The translations under genes were made by a program, and so were the position numbers. Source: Alphaproteobacteria bacterium (lineage in GTDB: Bacteria > Pseudomonadota > Alphaproteobacteria > Rs-D84). Taken from it: DNA of 64,000 bases. The number at the start of each line of letters is the position of its first letter. Within the stretch, counting starts at the first letter, position 1. Shown in pieces: positions 1 through 9,505 of the stretch. The notes beneath the pieces are model-generated. The model saw only the letters and a list, made by a program, of their open reading frames with translations. It was not told where the DNA came from and did not search any database. Location: the NCBI GenBank assembly GCA_017511715.1, contig JAFWJF010000001.1, positions 2,892 to 66,891 of the forward strand. Reading direction: 5' to 3'.

Positions 1-11
1 TTGTTTGTGCG

Positions 12-899
12 TTGATAGTTATTTTGATTGCTATCTTGGTCATGCTTTTCAAGATTAACGCACCGGTAAAGGTTATAGCACCATCTGTTCCAGAACCTAT
101 TGTTCGTTCTGTAAGGAATAACGAAAAACACACTACGCCCTCTTTCGATTTGGTGCGTATTGAAAAATCAGGAAATATTATTGTGGCAGGACGCAATATT
201 CGTGAATCTAATATTTCTATTGTTATAAATAAAAAAGTCGTTGCCACGGCGCATACTAACAAAGACGGTGAATTTGTATATGCACCAAACGAAGCCTTAA
301 AACCAGGCAATTATGTAATTTCTTTGATTGATACAGATAAAAACATCAAGTCGGCAGATTCTGTATTTGTGTACATTTCTGAACAAGGATATAAAAATTC
401 TGTATCGTTATTGATGACAAAAAATGGCAGTAAAATTATGCAGGCACCTGTGTTGGCAGATGGCGATTTGGTCGTTTCCAAAATAGATTATATGAATAAT
501 GGTCGTATGGTCGTGACTGGCAAGGCGTTGCCAAGATTGCGCGTGTCGCTATCTTTGGATGATAAGTATATTGGTTTTTCGCGTGTGTCTGATTATAAAA
601 ATTTTGGTTTGGGTGCCGATGTGGGCAAATTAGAAAGCGGTAAAGAATACAAATTAAATATTCGTTTGCATGATGGCGAAGGTACCACAATCGCAAATAT
701 AGAACATCAATTTATTATGCCAGAAATGACTGGTGATGATGATACTTTTTATACAGTGCGCCGTGGTGATTGTTTATGGATAATTGCGCGTAATTTTTTG
801 CGCCGTGGTGTTTTGTTCACCATGATTGCAGAACGTAATAATATCAAAAATCCAGATTTGATTTTCCCTGAACAATTATTGCAAATACCTGTTAAATAA
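12..899 (+). CDS. LysM domain protein with N-terminal hydrophobic anchor; may extend upstream of the window
   Basis: C-terminal LysM-like motif (YTVRRGDCLWIIARNF...IFPEQLLQIP). N-terminus IVILIAILVMLF is hydrophobic. TTG start at 12 with no in-frame stop upstream. Confidence 0.5.
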   Translation: MIVILIAILVMLFKINAPVKVIAPSVPEPIVRSVRNNEKHTTPSFDLVRIEKSGNIIVAGRNIRESNISIVINKKVVATAHTNKDGEFVYAPNEALKPGNYVISLIDTDKNIKSADSVFVYISEQGYKNSVSLLMTKNGSKIMQAPVLADGDLVVSKIDYMNNGRMVVTGKALPRLRVSLSLDDKYIGFSRVSDYKNFGLGADVGKLESGKEYKLNIRLHDGEGTTIANIEHQFIMPEMTGDDDTFYTVRRGDCLWIIARNFLRRGVLFTMIAERNNIKNPDLIFPEQLLQIPVK

Positions 900-913
900 A
901 ATAGAGTATTACA

Positions 914-2029
914 ATGAAGTTTTATTCAGAAAACTGGTTTGAGGCAACATCTAAATTTGCACATCGCGCAATGGATGTCGGCGTGTTTTCTGCATATAAA
1001 ACACCCGATATGCAATACGAAATAACTTGTGTCACGATTGGTAGTGGTGATAATAAAATTGTTATAAATTCAGGTGTGCATGGTATCGAAGGGTATTTTG
1101 GCAGTGCTGCACAGAACATGTTCTTGGCAAATATGGTGTCAAAAATATCAGAACCTGCATTGGATAAATTCTCAATAGTTTTGATTCATGTAATCAATGG
1201 TTGGGGTATGCAAAACCGTATGCGCGAAGTGTTTGATAAAAAAAACGGTGGCTTAATAGATTTGAACAGAAATTTTGGTATAGATTTCTCCAAACCAGAG
1301 CAATTACCAATCAACCCTAAATATGCGATTGCGCATCCTGTGCTGTTATCCACACCAGATAAAATTATAAAGAAAGAAGCAATAAAAAAATTTAGGCAAG
1401 AACATCTTAAAGACGGTGTTTGGGCGGCGATAAGCCATGGTCAATATTATGAACCATATGGCTTGTTTTATGGTGGTTGTGAAAGATTGCCGGAAAACGT
1501 TGCAACCATGCGTATATATGATGATATTATGGGCAAAAATGCAAAGTCTTTGATATCCATTGGTTTGCATACTGGACTCGGTCGTTTTTATCGCAAAAAA
1601 GCTGATGTCACCAGTTCTTTGTTAGTGTCCCATCCGGAAACACACAAAAATACTTTGTTTTTCAAGGAAAAATTAGCACCAAATGTGCCGATAACGCCAG
1701 ACAACAACGCGATAAGTGGCCCTACTCTTTTGGGGGACTTGGTAGATTGCCTTGAAAACCGATACAAATCTAGAAATATACCTGTCTATACCGCCGATTT
1801 TGAAATCGGTACGGGTGAATTTCCGATAATGTCGCCTGTGTATAAGCGGATGGATATGGGGGATGCGCGTTATGATTTGTTGCACTATGGCAAGATAAAT
1901 AACGAAACATGGGCAAATTTAACGGAAAGTTGGTACCCATCAGATGTGCGGTGGAAGAACGCCGCTTTGCGCCGGGTTGAAATATTGTTTAATGATATTA
2001 TATATTATATGAATAGTATCTCAAAATAG
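914..2029 (+). CDS. DUF2817 / M14-like zinc carboxypeptidase family protein
   Basis: Motif VINSGVHGIEGYFGSAAQ resembles the GxHGxEGxxGS core of DUF2817 / M14-like proteins. Intact 371-aa ORF. Confidence 0.45.
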   Translation: MKFYSENWFEATSKFAHRAMDVGVFSAYKTPDMQYEITCVTIGSGDNKIVINSGVHGIEGYFGSAAQNMFLANMVSKISEPALDKFSIVLIHVINGWGMQNRMREVFDKKNGGLIDLNRNFGIDFSKPEQLPINPKYAIAHPVLLSTPDKIIKKEAIKKFRQEHLKDGVWAAISHGQYYEPYGLFYGGCERLPENVATMRIYDDIMGKNAKSLISIGLHTGLGRFYRKKADVTSSLLVSHPETHKNTLFFKEKLAPNVPITPDNNAISGPTLLGDLVDCLENRYKSRNIPVYTADFEIGTGEFPIMSPVYKRMDMGDARYDLLHYGKINNETWANLTESWYPSDVRWKNAALRRVEILFNDIIYYMNSISK

Positions 2030-2045
2030 TCCAAAGGGGGCAAAT

Positions 2046-2279
2046 ATGAATGAAGAAAAACATTTTGATTATGCAAGTGTAATAGATGCCACTGATTTGA
2101 GCATGCAGGTGCAGTCTTTTATCAATAAACACAAAACAATCAAGCCTGGCGATTGGATTGTGTTGAACAGATTGGTAAAACAACTTAATAAACAAAAGTA
2201 CAGTGAATCTCGTAAAGTTTTGCGCAGTATGCGAAACAGATTTGAAGCAATTCAGAATAAATACCAAAGAGAGCGTTAA
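2046..2279 (+). CDS. hypothetical small protein
   Basis: 77-aa ORF with no recognisable motif. Confidence 0.25.
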   Translation: MNEEKHFDYASVIDATDLSMQVQSFINKHKTIKPGDWIVLNRLVKQLNKQKYSESRKVLRSMRNRFEAIQNKYQRER

Positions 2280-2280
2280 A

Positions 2281-2595
2281 ATGGTAAAAACCAGACTTCA
2301 TATACGCCCAAAGTTTGATTGCGATCGCAGCACTGGGGGTGTGCCACCGCGTTCAAATTGCGATTCTATTATTGAAAAAATAAAACATTTGTTTTATTTG
2401 TATGGCGAAGATATGTCTTTGACGGAAAAACAACAATTATTAGATATATTAACGCAAATAGAAAAAAACAAAAAATGTATAGATACTCAGTTGAAAAGTG
2501 AAATGCATAAAATTGTTGAGTTAATAAAAAGAAAATATCTCGCAAGAGATAAAATGTATGAAATGCGCAGGGTTGTGAAGAGAAAGCTACGCTAA
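2281..2595 (+). CDS. hypothetical basic protein
   Basis: ORF from internal Met (MVKTRL...), K/R-rich, followed by a hairpin terminator at 2611-2643. Confidence 0.3.
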   Translation: MVKTRLHIRPKFDCDRSTGGVPPRSNCDSIIEKIKHLFYLYGEDMSLTEKQQLLDILTQIEKNKKCIDTQLKSEMHKIVELIKRKYLARDKMYEMRRVVKRKLR

Positions 2596-2610
2596 CAGTA
2601 TACGCAAGAT

Positions 2611-2663
2611 AAAAAATAAATCGCCCAAAAGGCGATTATCTTTTGGTGCGGGCAAAGGGAATC
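2611..2663. repeat. direct repeat DR1: terminator hairpin plus duplicated 3' end of tRNA-Gly(CCC)
   Basis: 53-bp copy (one mismatch) of 2791-2843. It contains aaataaatcgcccaaaaggcgat and the last ~20 nt of the minus-strand tRNA (tggtgcgggcaaagggaatc). Confidence 0.8.
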
Positions 2664-2790
2664 ACTCGACACTTCGTGTCTGTGTGGCAATCGTGACGAT
2701 TTTGGTGCGTTACACTTCCAAAATCTACTGCTTGTCGAACCCTTCGTTGCTGATGCAACTCTGGTCGGGTTCGCTTCCCTGCCCTTGGTA
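2664..2790 (-). mobile_element. tRNA-3'-end-associated repeat element, copy 1 (127 bp, bounded by DR1/DR2)
   Basis: Its reverse complement aligns closely with 32130-32243 (caacgaag..gggttcgacaagcagtagRttttggaag..cgcaccaaaa..acgattgcc..). It is immediately followed, in tRNA orientation, by the duplicated tRNA 3' end. Confidence 0.65.
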
Positions 2791-2843
2791 AAAAAATAAA
2801 TCGCCCAAAAGGCGATTATTTTTTGGTGCGGGCAAAGGGAATC
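2791..2843. repeat. direct repeat DR2, overlapping the genuine 3' end of tRNA-Gly(CCC)
   Basis: Identical to 2611-2663 except one base. Confidence 0.8.
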
Positions 2844-2897
2844 GAACCCTCGTCTAAAGCTTGGGAAGCTTTCGTTCTGCCATTATACCATGCCCGC
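2824..2897 (-). tRNA. tRNA-Gly (anticodon CCC)
   Basis: Reverse complement gcgggcatggtataatggcagaacgaaagcttCCCaagctttagacgagggttcgattccctttgcccgcacca. Cloverleaf with 7-bp acceptor stem, T-loop GGTTCGATTCC, encoded CCA. Confidence 0.85.
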
Positions 2898-3045
2898 AGA
2901 AACCGACCCAGTGATGATATATCTTTTTGTTTGAAATGTCCAGTGATTTTAATGCGCAAATGCAATTTTCTGCCTTTATTTATATATTGTGTGTATGCAA
3001 TAATCAGTCTGTTAGATGTTTTTTGGTTGTATAAAAGGTGTTCGT

Positions 3046-3642
3046 ATGACTAATAATGAAATTAAAGATACACTTAAGCAGGCAAGTCGCTTGGTTAATA
3101 CGATGGACAAAGAACATATAAAAAATTTATTAAGGGTATTTGTTGACGCGCAGTTTGAGAAAAACTGTGCGTCTTTCTTTTATATAGATATAAAAAAGAC
3201 ACTTAAAAAATTGTTAAGTGATTTGGTTAAAACAGAGCATGTGAACGGGGTTTTGAATCGTAAACAAATGAAGCAGGTTTTTGAGATAATGGGTGATTAT
3301 GGCTTTCGCCCTATATGCAAATTGTGTGGCAAACCAATAGAAATTAATTCCGTCAACCAAAGACATAAAGACCAGTTGAAAAATATGGCTTTCTCGTGGG
3401 ATCATCAGGTGCCAAAGTCAAAGGGTGGCAGTTATGATTTATCTAATTTGCAACCAACACATAAATTATGTAATAATAGACGCGGAACAAAGCCATTATA
3501 CAGCAGACACTATAAAATCAAGTTAAACATTGAACTTTCTGTAGAGTTAGAAGAACAAGGAACACGATATCGTCCTGCCAGCTTCGGTTTGCGAAAACAA
3601 GATTCTTGGTGTCATAAACAATGTTGCCAACGGCAAAGATAA
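3046..3642 (+). CDS. HNH endonuclease family protein
   Basis: Motifs CKLCGKPI...WDHQVPKSKGGSYDLSNLQPTHKLCNNRRG (HNH with zinc-binding Cys). Adjacent to the tRNA-Gly locus. The ORF could start at 3016. Confidence 0.6.
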   Translation: MTNNEIKDTLKQASRLVNTMDKEHIKNLLRVFVDAQFEKNCASFFYIDIKKTLKKLLSDLVKTEHVNGVLNRKQMKQVFEIMGDYGFRPICKLCGKPIEINSVNQRHKDQLKNMAFSWDHQVPKSKGGSYDLSNLQPTHKLCNNRRGTKPLYSRHYKIKLNIELSVELEEQGTRYRPASFGLRKQDSWCHKQCCQRQR

Positions 3643-3830
3643 TGTCTAACAAATATTTGACTTTTGATAAAATTTGATACATAATTACTGCGCAAATCCC
3701 AAAGATTGCCATTGTAAACGACCCTGTGTGCGGTATGCACAAGGAACATCAACCGGCGAGTTTTCGCTCTTGATGCGCGTTTTTGTGTGGCTTTTTTGGG
3801 AAAAATAACAAAAAACAGGAGTAAAATAAA

Positions 3831-4280
3831 ATGGCAACAGTTATCAGATTGGCACGTTATGGTGCAAAAAAACGCCCCTATTATCATATTGTAGTCACAG
3901 ATTCTCGTAATGCGCGTAATTCTGGGGCGATTTTGGAAACAGTTGGTAAATATAACCCAATGTTAGCAAAAGACGATGCAAAACGCGTTGTTTTAGAAAT
4001 TGAAAAAGTAAAAGCATGGATGGCAAAAGGTGCAAAAGCATCTGACCGTGTTTACAAATTCTTGGTAAATGCTGGCTTGGTTGCTGCAAAACCAGTTCCA
4101 ACACAAACCAAGAAAAACCAACCTTCAGAAAAAACTCAAATGAAGGCAAAAGATAAAGCTGAAAAATTGGCTAAAATAGCAGAAGAAAAAGCCGCTGCAG
4201 AAGCAGCCGCAAAAGCCGCTGCGGAAGCACCGACAGAAACACCAGCAGAAGAACCTGCTGCTGAAGCTGTTGCTGAATAA
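3831..4280 (+). CDS. rpsP: 30S ribosomal protein S16 with Ala/Glu-rich C-terminal extension
   Basis: N-terminus MATVIRLARYGAKKRPYYHIVVTDSRNARNSG is canonical S16. Tail EEKAAAEAAAKAAAEAP. Confidence 0.9.
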   Translation: MATVIRLARYGAKKRPYYHIVVTDSRNARNSGAILETVGKYNPMLAKDDAKRVVLEIEKVKAWMAKGAKASDRVYKFLVNAGLVAAKPVPTQTKKNQPSEKTQMKAKDKAEKLAKIAEEKAAAEAAAKAAAEAPTETPAEEPAAEAVAE

Positions 4281-4348
4281 TATCTTTTTGTTTTTTGATT
4301 ACTTGGCGGGCATCCGCCAAGTGAATTGTTTTTAAGAAAGGTACAAAA

Positions 4349-4648
4349 ATGAAAAAAATGTATGTCATCCCAAATATAGAGATTGTGCGTTTGGTGGGGA
4401 CTGGTTTTTTTGCAATAAGCACAGAAGAACACACAATAAAAAAGGTTTTTTGTTCGGAAACACGTTGCCCGTTTAATAACGAATGGTGTGTGGATAAACA
4501 AAAACGATTGGATGCTTGGCATAAGGCTGTAAACTATTTTGCAAAAAATCGTTCTAATGTTAGTTTTTCTACATCTGCAAATATGTTTGATGGTTGTCCT
4601 AATGGATATAAGTTTTTGTGCGGAGCATACAAACAAAAACAATGGTAA
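4349..4648 (+). CDS. hypothetical Cys-containing small protein between rpsP and rimM
   Basis: 99-aa ORF with an AAGG RBS-like sequence and no known motif. Confidence 0.3.
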   Translation: MKKMYVIPNIEIVRLVGTGFFAISTEEHTIKKVFCSETRCPFNNEWCVDKQKRLDAWHKAVNYFAKNRSNVSFSTSANMFDGCPNGYKFLCGAYKQKQW

Positions 4649-4651
4649 GAC

Positions 4652-5113
4652 ATGGATAGCAACAATAAAATCTTGGTTGGAAAAATTGTTGCCCCCCAAG
4701 GTATTCGGGGTGAATTTCGCGTGCAATCTTTTGCCGAAAAACCAGAAGATTTCAAGGGCTTTCGTATTGTTTGCGACAGATTTGATGCCGAAAAATTTCA
4801 TTTTGTTCGTGTGTTAAAACAAAATGTTATTATCGCAAAAATTGATGGTGTTGATGACAGAAACACCGCAGAATCTTTGCGTGGAACAGAATTGTTCGTT
4901 TTTCGTGATGATTTGCCAAAATTAAAAGAAAACGAATATTATCAATCTGATTTAATAGGCTTTGATGTTGTTCGTGATGGTAAAAAAATTGGGGTCGCAG
5001 ATTGTTTCCAAAATTTTGGTGGTGGCGACATTATTGAACTTGATAATGGCGAAATGGTTTCTTTTGTTGGGGCCAATGTTGATTTTGATAATCAAGTTAT
5101 AAATGTGAAATAA
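4652..5113 (+). CDS. rimM: 16S rRNA processing protein RimM
   Basis: ILVGKIVAPQGIRGEFRV motif and conserved position in the rpsP-rimM-trmD-rplS operon. Confidence 0.85.
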   Translation: MDSNNKILVGKIVAPQGIRGEFRVQSFAEKPEDFKGFRIVCDRFDAEKFHFVRVLKQNVIIAKIDGVDDRNTAESLRGTELFVFRDDLPKLKENEYYQSDLIGFDVVRDGKKIGVADCFQNFGGGDIIELDNGEMVSFVGANVDFDNQVINVK

Positions 5114-5379
5114 GAAGGTTAAATATGAGATTCATTTATGTAAATCACAGATGTATAAATATTGGTGTAGATTGCGGTTTCTTCCCAATAACAAAATGTT
5201 CTGTTCAGGTTTGGGCTGCCAAAAATAATATGCCATGCAGAAAGATTGCACATGGTCTTTTTGACCGTGAAATTCGGTTGCAGGCAGAACACGCCCAAGA
5301 ACAAACTATTGCAAAACAAATACAAGAAATTTGCGACAATTGTAAATACGATTATATAAAACAAAAAACACGGTAAAAG

Positions 5380-6069
5380 ATGCATTTCAATATATTGACT
5401 GTTTTTCCAGAAATGTTCCCAGGAACCCTTGATAAAGGGGTAGTTGGGCGTGCTTTGGATAAGGGTATATGGTCGTATAAAACAATCAATATTCGTGATT
5501 TTGCGATAAACAACTATGGCAGTGTTGATGATGAACAGTTTGGTGGTGGTGCCGGTATGGTTATGCGCCCTGATGTTCTGGGAAATGCCATAGATTCCAT
5601 AGAAAACAAAGGCAAAATCATATTCTTTTCACCACGTGGCAAACAATTAAATCAAAAATTAGTGCATGATTTTGCAAAATATGATACAATGACCCTGCTC
5701 TGTGGTCGGTATGAAGGTATTGACCAACGGGTTATTGATGAATATGACATTGAAGAGGTGTCAATCGGAGATTATGTTTTATCTGGCGGCGAAATAGCAG
5801 CGCAAGTTTTTGTTGACACTGCCGTTCGCGTGTTGGATAATGTACTTGGTGGCGGTGATGAAGCCGTCCAAAACGAAAGTTTCGAAATCGGCGGGCTTGA
5901 ATGGCCATTATATACCCGTCCGTCAGTATGGCGTGGACATAAAGTCCCAGAAGTCCTGCTGTCCGGTCACCATGGCAATATCAAACGGTGGCGGAAACAA
6001 CAATCGGACGAAATAACAAAGATACGTCGTCCGGATTTAATAAAGGAAAATGAAAATGAGCATAATTAA
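5380..6069 (+). CDS. trmD: tRNA (guanine37-N1)-methyltransferase
   Basis: [16 protein letters not shown]-terminus, [11 protein letters not shown] and YTRP motifs typical of TrmD. Confidence 0.9.
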   Translation: MHFNILTVFPEMFPGTLDKGVVGRALDKGIWSYKTINIRDFAINNYGSVDDEQFGGGAGMVMRPDVLGNAIDSIENKGKIIFFSPRGKQLNQKLVHDFAKYDTMTLLCGRYEGIDQRVIDEYDIEEVSIGDYVLSGGEIAAQVFVDTAVRVLDNVLGGGDEAVQNESFEIGGLEWPLYTRPSVWRGHKVPEVLLSGHHGNIKRWRKQQSDEITKIRRPDLIKENENEHN

Positions 6070-6448
6070 AAAAATTGAACAAGAACAAGTTGCTAAATTG
6101 AAAGGCGATAAAGTTATCCCTGCTTTCAAGGCTGGTGACACAGTTAAAGTTCATGTAAAAATCAAAGATGGTGATAAATTCCGTATCCAAATGTTTGAAG
6201 GCGTAGTTATTGCGCGTGATGGTGGTACTGGAAACAATGCGTCTTTCACAGTGCGCCGTGAATCTTATGGCGTTGGTGTAGAACGCAAATTCCCATTGTA
6301 TAGTCCAGCAATCGAAAAGATTGAAAAAGTTCGTGTCGGTAAAGTTCGCCGTTCGAAATTGTTCTTCTTGCGTGGTTTGTCTGGCAAGAAAGCTCGTATC
6401 GTTGAAGATTTGTCTGCAAAGGCTAAAAACGCCGGCGAAGATAAATAA
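6050..6448 (+). CDS. rplS: 50S ribosomal protein L19
   Basis: [44 protein letters not shown] is canonical L19. Operon context. Confidence 0.9.
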   Translation: MKMSIIKKIEQEQVAKLKGDKVIPAFKAGDTVKVHVKIKDGDKFRIQMFEGVVIARDGGTGNNASFTVRRESYGVGVERKFPLYSPAIEKIEKVRVGKVRRSKLFFLRGLSGKKARIVEDLSAKAKNAGEDK

Positions 6449-6472
6449 TTATCAAAACAAAGGGGGTGCAGA

Positions 6473-6836
6473 GATGAACATTACAAAAATATTGTCTTGT
6501 TTGTTTATTGTGCCCCTGTTTTTATTGTCAAATTCCCCTGCTTTTGCATATGTTGAAAAAAATACTGCCGTACTTCGTGTAATGAATAAGGCCGCCGGAA
6601 AAACACAAATTGTTCCTGTTGCTGTTGGCAGTACAAAAAAGTATGATGGCTTAAATATAATCGTCAGAAATTGCAAACAAAGCGATCCTTTCGATGCAGA
6701 AAACTTTTTTGTGTTTGTTGAAATATATACAAAAACAGATGAAAGAATTTTTAGCGGTTGGATGAACCGTAATGAACCAGGACAAAATCCGTTGCAAAAT
6801 GATACGTATGATGTTTGGGTTGAAAAATGCGAGTAA
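6473..6836 (+). CDS. secreted DUF2155-like protein
   Basis: Signal peptide MNITKILSCLFIVPLFLLSNSPAFA, a GGGTG RBS upstream, and a conserved alphaproteobacterial small periplasmic protein pattern. Confidence 0.5.
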
Positions 6837-6839
6837 ACA

Positions 6840-7181
6840 ATGTCTCAAAATACTAGAATACAAAAGATAAAACTGTTTATAAAGATTTCTATCATTGTTG
6901 GTATATTGATTACATTTGTTGTGTTGGGGTTGTTTGTGCGCCCGATTACGACCTTTGAGAATGCACATATGAAAAAATGGTTGGTGCTGAACGATGTGCA
7001 ACGTATAAAAACTGTTGAACGCGTTGTTAAAACTCAAGAACATCAAGATTTGCTTATTAGATGTGTTGACAAGATTGCGAACTTGCCAAATTCTAATGAA
7101 ATGTTGATAAGTGATGCCGTGGCGATATGTTATGGCGGAATTCAACAGAATGCACAAAATGCACAGTCTGATGAAGAATAA
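6840..7181 (+). CDS. hypothetical membrane protein
   Basis: 113-aa ORF with one TM helix (ISIIVGILITFVVLGLFV). Confidence 0.35.
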   Translation: MSQNTRIQKIKLFIKISIIVGILITFVVLGLFVRPITTFENAHMKKWLVLNDVQRIKTVERVVKTQEHQDLLIRCVDKIANLPNSNEMLISDAVAICYGGIQQNAQNAQSDEE

Positions 7182-7866
7182 TTTATTTTTATTATCATTT
7201 TTACTTTTTGGGTGTGCAACAGAAACACATCAATATTATATTGGCGAACGTTATCTTGGGACAAAATATGTTTCTGACCCGTTGGGCGAAAAAAAATTTC
7301 CAGACCAAGACCCTTTAATTCGTTTTGATGCCTTTGATTGTACGACTTTTGTTGAAACGTCTTTAGCGGCAGGAAATGTAAAAAAATTAAATAAAATCAG
7401 ATATAAAAACGGCGAAGTTGATTTTATTTATCGCAATCATTTTATTGAAAGCGATTGGTTGAAAAACAATAAAAATTTTTTGGAAAATGTAAGCAACTTG
7501 TATGGCAAAACAGCAGTAAGGCATGTTGTTATTGATAAAAAATCTTGGTTTAAGCACGTGCATAATATTGATACTGATTTTTCCAAACAGGCTGTTGATA
7601 TTGAATATATACCGTATAAAAATTTATCAAAAATAGATATACAATCGCCATTAGTTGTGCTATTTATACATGACGGTGATGGTTTTTATGATAAAATCGG
7701 AACTGATTTAGCGGTTGTGCATATGGGATTTTTATTGCCAAATAACACACTGCGCCATGCATCCCGTAAACACGGAGTTGTCATGGATACAGATTTTTAT
7801 GAATATGTCAACAAACGCAAACAAAATGAACATAACCTTGGTATAGCATTGGTGAAAATAAAATGA
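7171..7866 (+). CDS. lipoprotein, DUF1460-like (amidase / transglutaminase-like fold)
   Basis: Lipobox LLFGC and motif DPLIRFDAFDCTTFVETSLA. Confidence 0.45.
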   Translation: MKNNLFLLSFLLFGCATETHQYYIGERYLGTKYVSDPLGEKKFPDQDPLIRFDAFDCTTFVETSLAAGNVKKLNKIRYKNGEVDFIYRNHFIESDWLKNNKNFLENVSNLYGKTAVRHVVIDKKSWFKHVHNIDTDFSKQAVDIEYIPYKNLSKIDIQSPLVVLFIHDGDGFYDKIGTDLAVVHMGFLLPNNTLRHASRKHGVVMDTDFYEYVNKRKQNEHNLGIALVKIK

Positions 7867-8987
7867 GTAAAGAAAATTTGATTATAACCGATATGGGAAA
7901 AAGCGAAAGCCACAAACATTCTGATAAACAGATTTTGTGTTTAGGCATAGAATCTTCGTGTGATGAAACCAGTGCTGCCATTGTGGACAGCGACAAGAAT
8001 ATTTTGTCGCATATCATTTATTCGCAAATTCCAGAACATCAAAAGTATGGGGGGGTTGTGCCTGAATTGGCGGCGCGCGCTCATATATTGGCAATTGACG
8101 AAGTTATTAAATTAACATTGGAACGTGCAGGAAAAGATATTAAAGATATTGACGTTGTTGCTGCAACCGCTGGTCCCGGTTTGATTGGCGGTGTTCTGGT
8201 TGGCTGGATGGCAGCAACCGGTATCGCTGACGCAACAAATAAGCCACTGGTTGCGGTAAATCATTTGGAAGGGCATGCGCTTGTGCCACGTCTTAAAGCC
8301 GCGTCAGCAAGCGATTCTGCAACAAATATAGATGTAGAATTCCCTTATTTATTAATGTTAGCATCTGGCGGGCATTGTCAGATATTGTTGGTTCGTGGTG
8401 TCGGTAAATACGAATTAATAGGTCAAACCTTGGATGACAGCGCCGGCGAAGCCTTTGATAAGATATCGAAAATGTTAGGGCTTGGGTATCCTGGCGGGCC
8501 TGTGGTTGACAAGCGCGCGCAAATGGGCGATAAAAAACGTTTTCATTTTCCTCGTCCGTTGTGTGATAAACCGGGATGTGATTTTTCGTTTTCTGGAATA
8601 AAAACGGCGGCGCGTATGCTGTTGGATAAAACCCCACAACCAGATATAGATGAACAATTTATAAATGATTTTTGTGCTTCTTTTCAGTCGGCTGTGGTTG
8701 ATTGTATAACAAACAGACTGCACAATGCCCTGCATGACAGTCGTGTTATAGAGGCACAACCTAAAACTATGGTTGTTGCCGGGGGTGTGGCAAAAAACAG
8801 CGCGGTTCGCGCAGCAATGGAAGATTTGGCAAACAAATCAAATATGTTGTTCGCAGCACCACCAATGAATTTGTGTACCGATAATGGTGCGATGATTGCG
8901 TGGGCAGGCTTAGAAAATTATCGCATTGGTAATGTTGTGCGCGAACCTGTCGCGCCACGTCCGCGTTGGCCGTTGACTGAACTGTAA
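7863..8987 (+). CDS. tsaD: tRNA N6-adenosine threonylcarbamoyltransferase (Kae1/YgjD family)
   Basis: LGIESSCDETSAAIV and NHLEGHAL motifs. Confidence 0.9.
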   Translation: MSKENLIITDMGKSESHKHSDKQILCLGIESSCDETSAAIVDSDKNILSHIIYSQIPEHQKYGGVVPELAARAHILAIDEVIKLTLERAGKDIKDIDVVAATAGPGLIGGVLVGWMAATGIADATNKPLVAVNHLEGHALVPRLKAASASDSATNIDVEFPYLLMLASGGHCQILLVRGVGKYELIGQTLDDSAGEAFDKISKMLGLGYPGGPVVDKRAQMGDKKRFHFPRPLCDKPGCDFSFSGIKTAARMLLDKTPQPDIDEQFINDFCASFQSAVVDCITNRLHNALHDSRVIEAQPKTMVVAGGVAKNSAVRAAMEDLANKSNMLFAAPPMNLCTDNGAMIAWAGLENYRIGNVVREPVAPRPRWPLTEL

Positions 8988-9007
8988 AATATGGTATAAT
9001 AAAACCT

Positions 9008-9505
9008 ATGGATGAAAAAGAAGAACTTTTTTATAAAAAAGCAACAGATAAATTGCTGGCGACCATTGAAAAAATGGGGATGGAAAAGATTCCACGTATG
9101 CGTGCAAAAAATTTAGCACTGTATTTTCGTGATTCTTTCAAGTTGGAAGATGTAAAATATCAAACTTTTGATAAAGAAAACGCAGATGCTTTTAGGTATT
9201 GTTCTGACGGTTTCTGTCGCGCTTCCAGTATTGATTTTGCGCTTATGATGGGTGGTGGCAAAGATTGGAAATTGATGTTCATCGACGATATGTGGGCGCA
9301 TGGACCGCATCATTATTTGTTGCACGTTCCATCAAATACAATATTAGATTTAACATATGACCAATATGCACATTCTGGAATAACAATTCCTTATTTCTTG
9401 GGCAAGCCAACAAAACTCTATTTTGATGAAAATGAATCAGAGGGGCGTTTTGCCAAGGCATTAAATTTGATGCCTTTGCTGGCTGCGAACAAACAAAAAG
9501 AATAG
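9008..9505 (+). CDS. hypothetical protein
   Basis: 165-aa ORF between tsaD and xseA with no recognised motif. Confidence 0.4.
   Translation: MDEKEELFYKKATDKLLATIEKMGMEKIPRMRAKNLALYFRDSFKLEDVKYQTFDKENADAFRYCSDGFCRASSIDFALMMGGGKDWKLMFIDDMWAHGPHHYLLHVPSNTILDLTYDQYAHSGITIPYFLGKPTKLYFDENESEGRFAKALNLMPLLAANKQKE

Noticed and set aside
4281-4333. Hairpin cttggcgggcatccgccaag after rpsP as a terminator
   Set aside because: No T-run follows the stem, and rimM, trmD and rplS continue downstream in the classic operon. It is at most an attenuator and is not called.
4136-4801. 221-aa minus-strand ORF spanning the rpsP-rimM region
   Set aside because: It overlaps conserved ribosomal-operon genes on the opposite strand and has no homology features.
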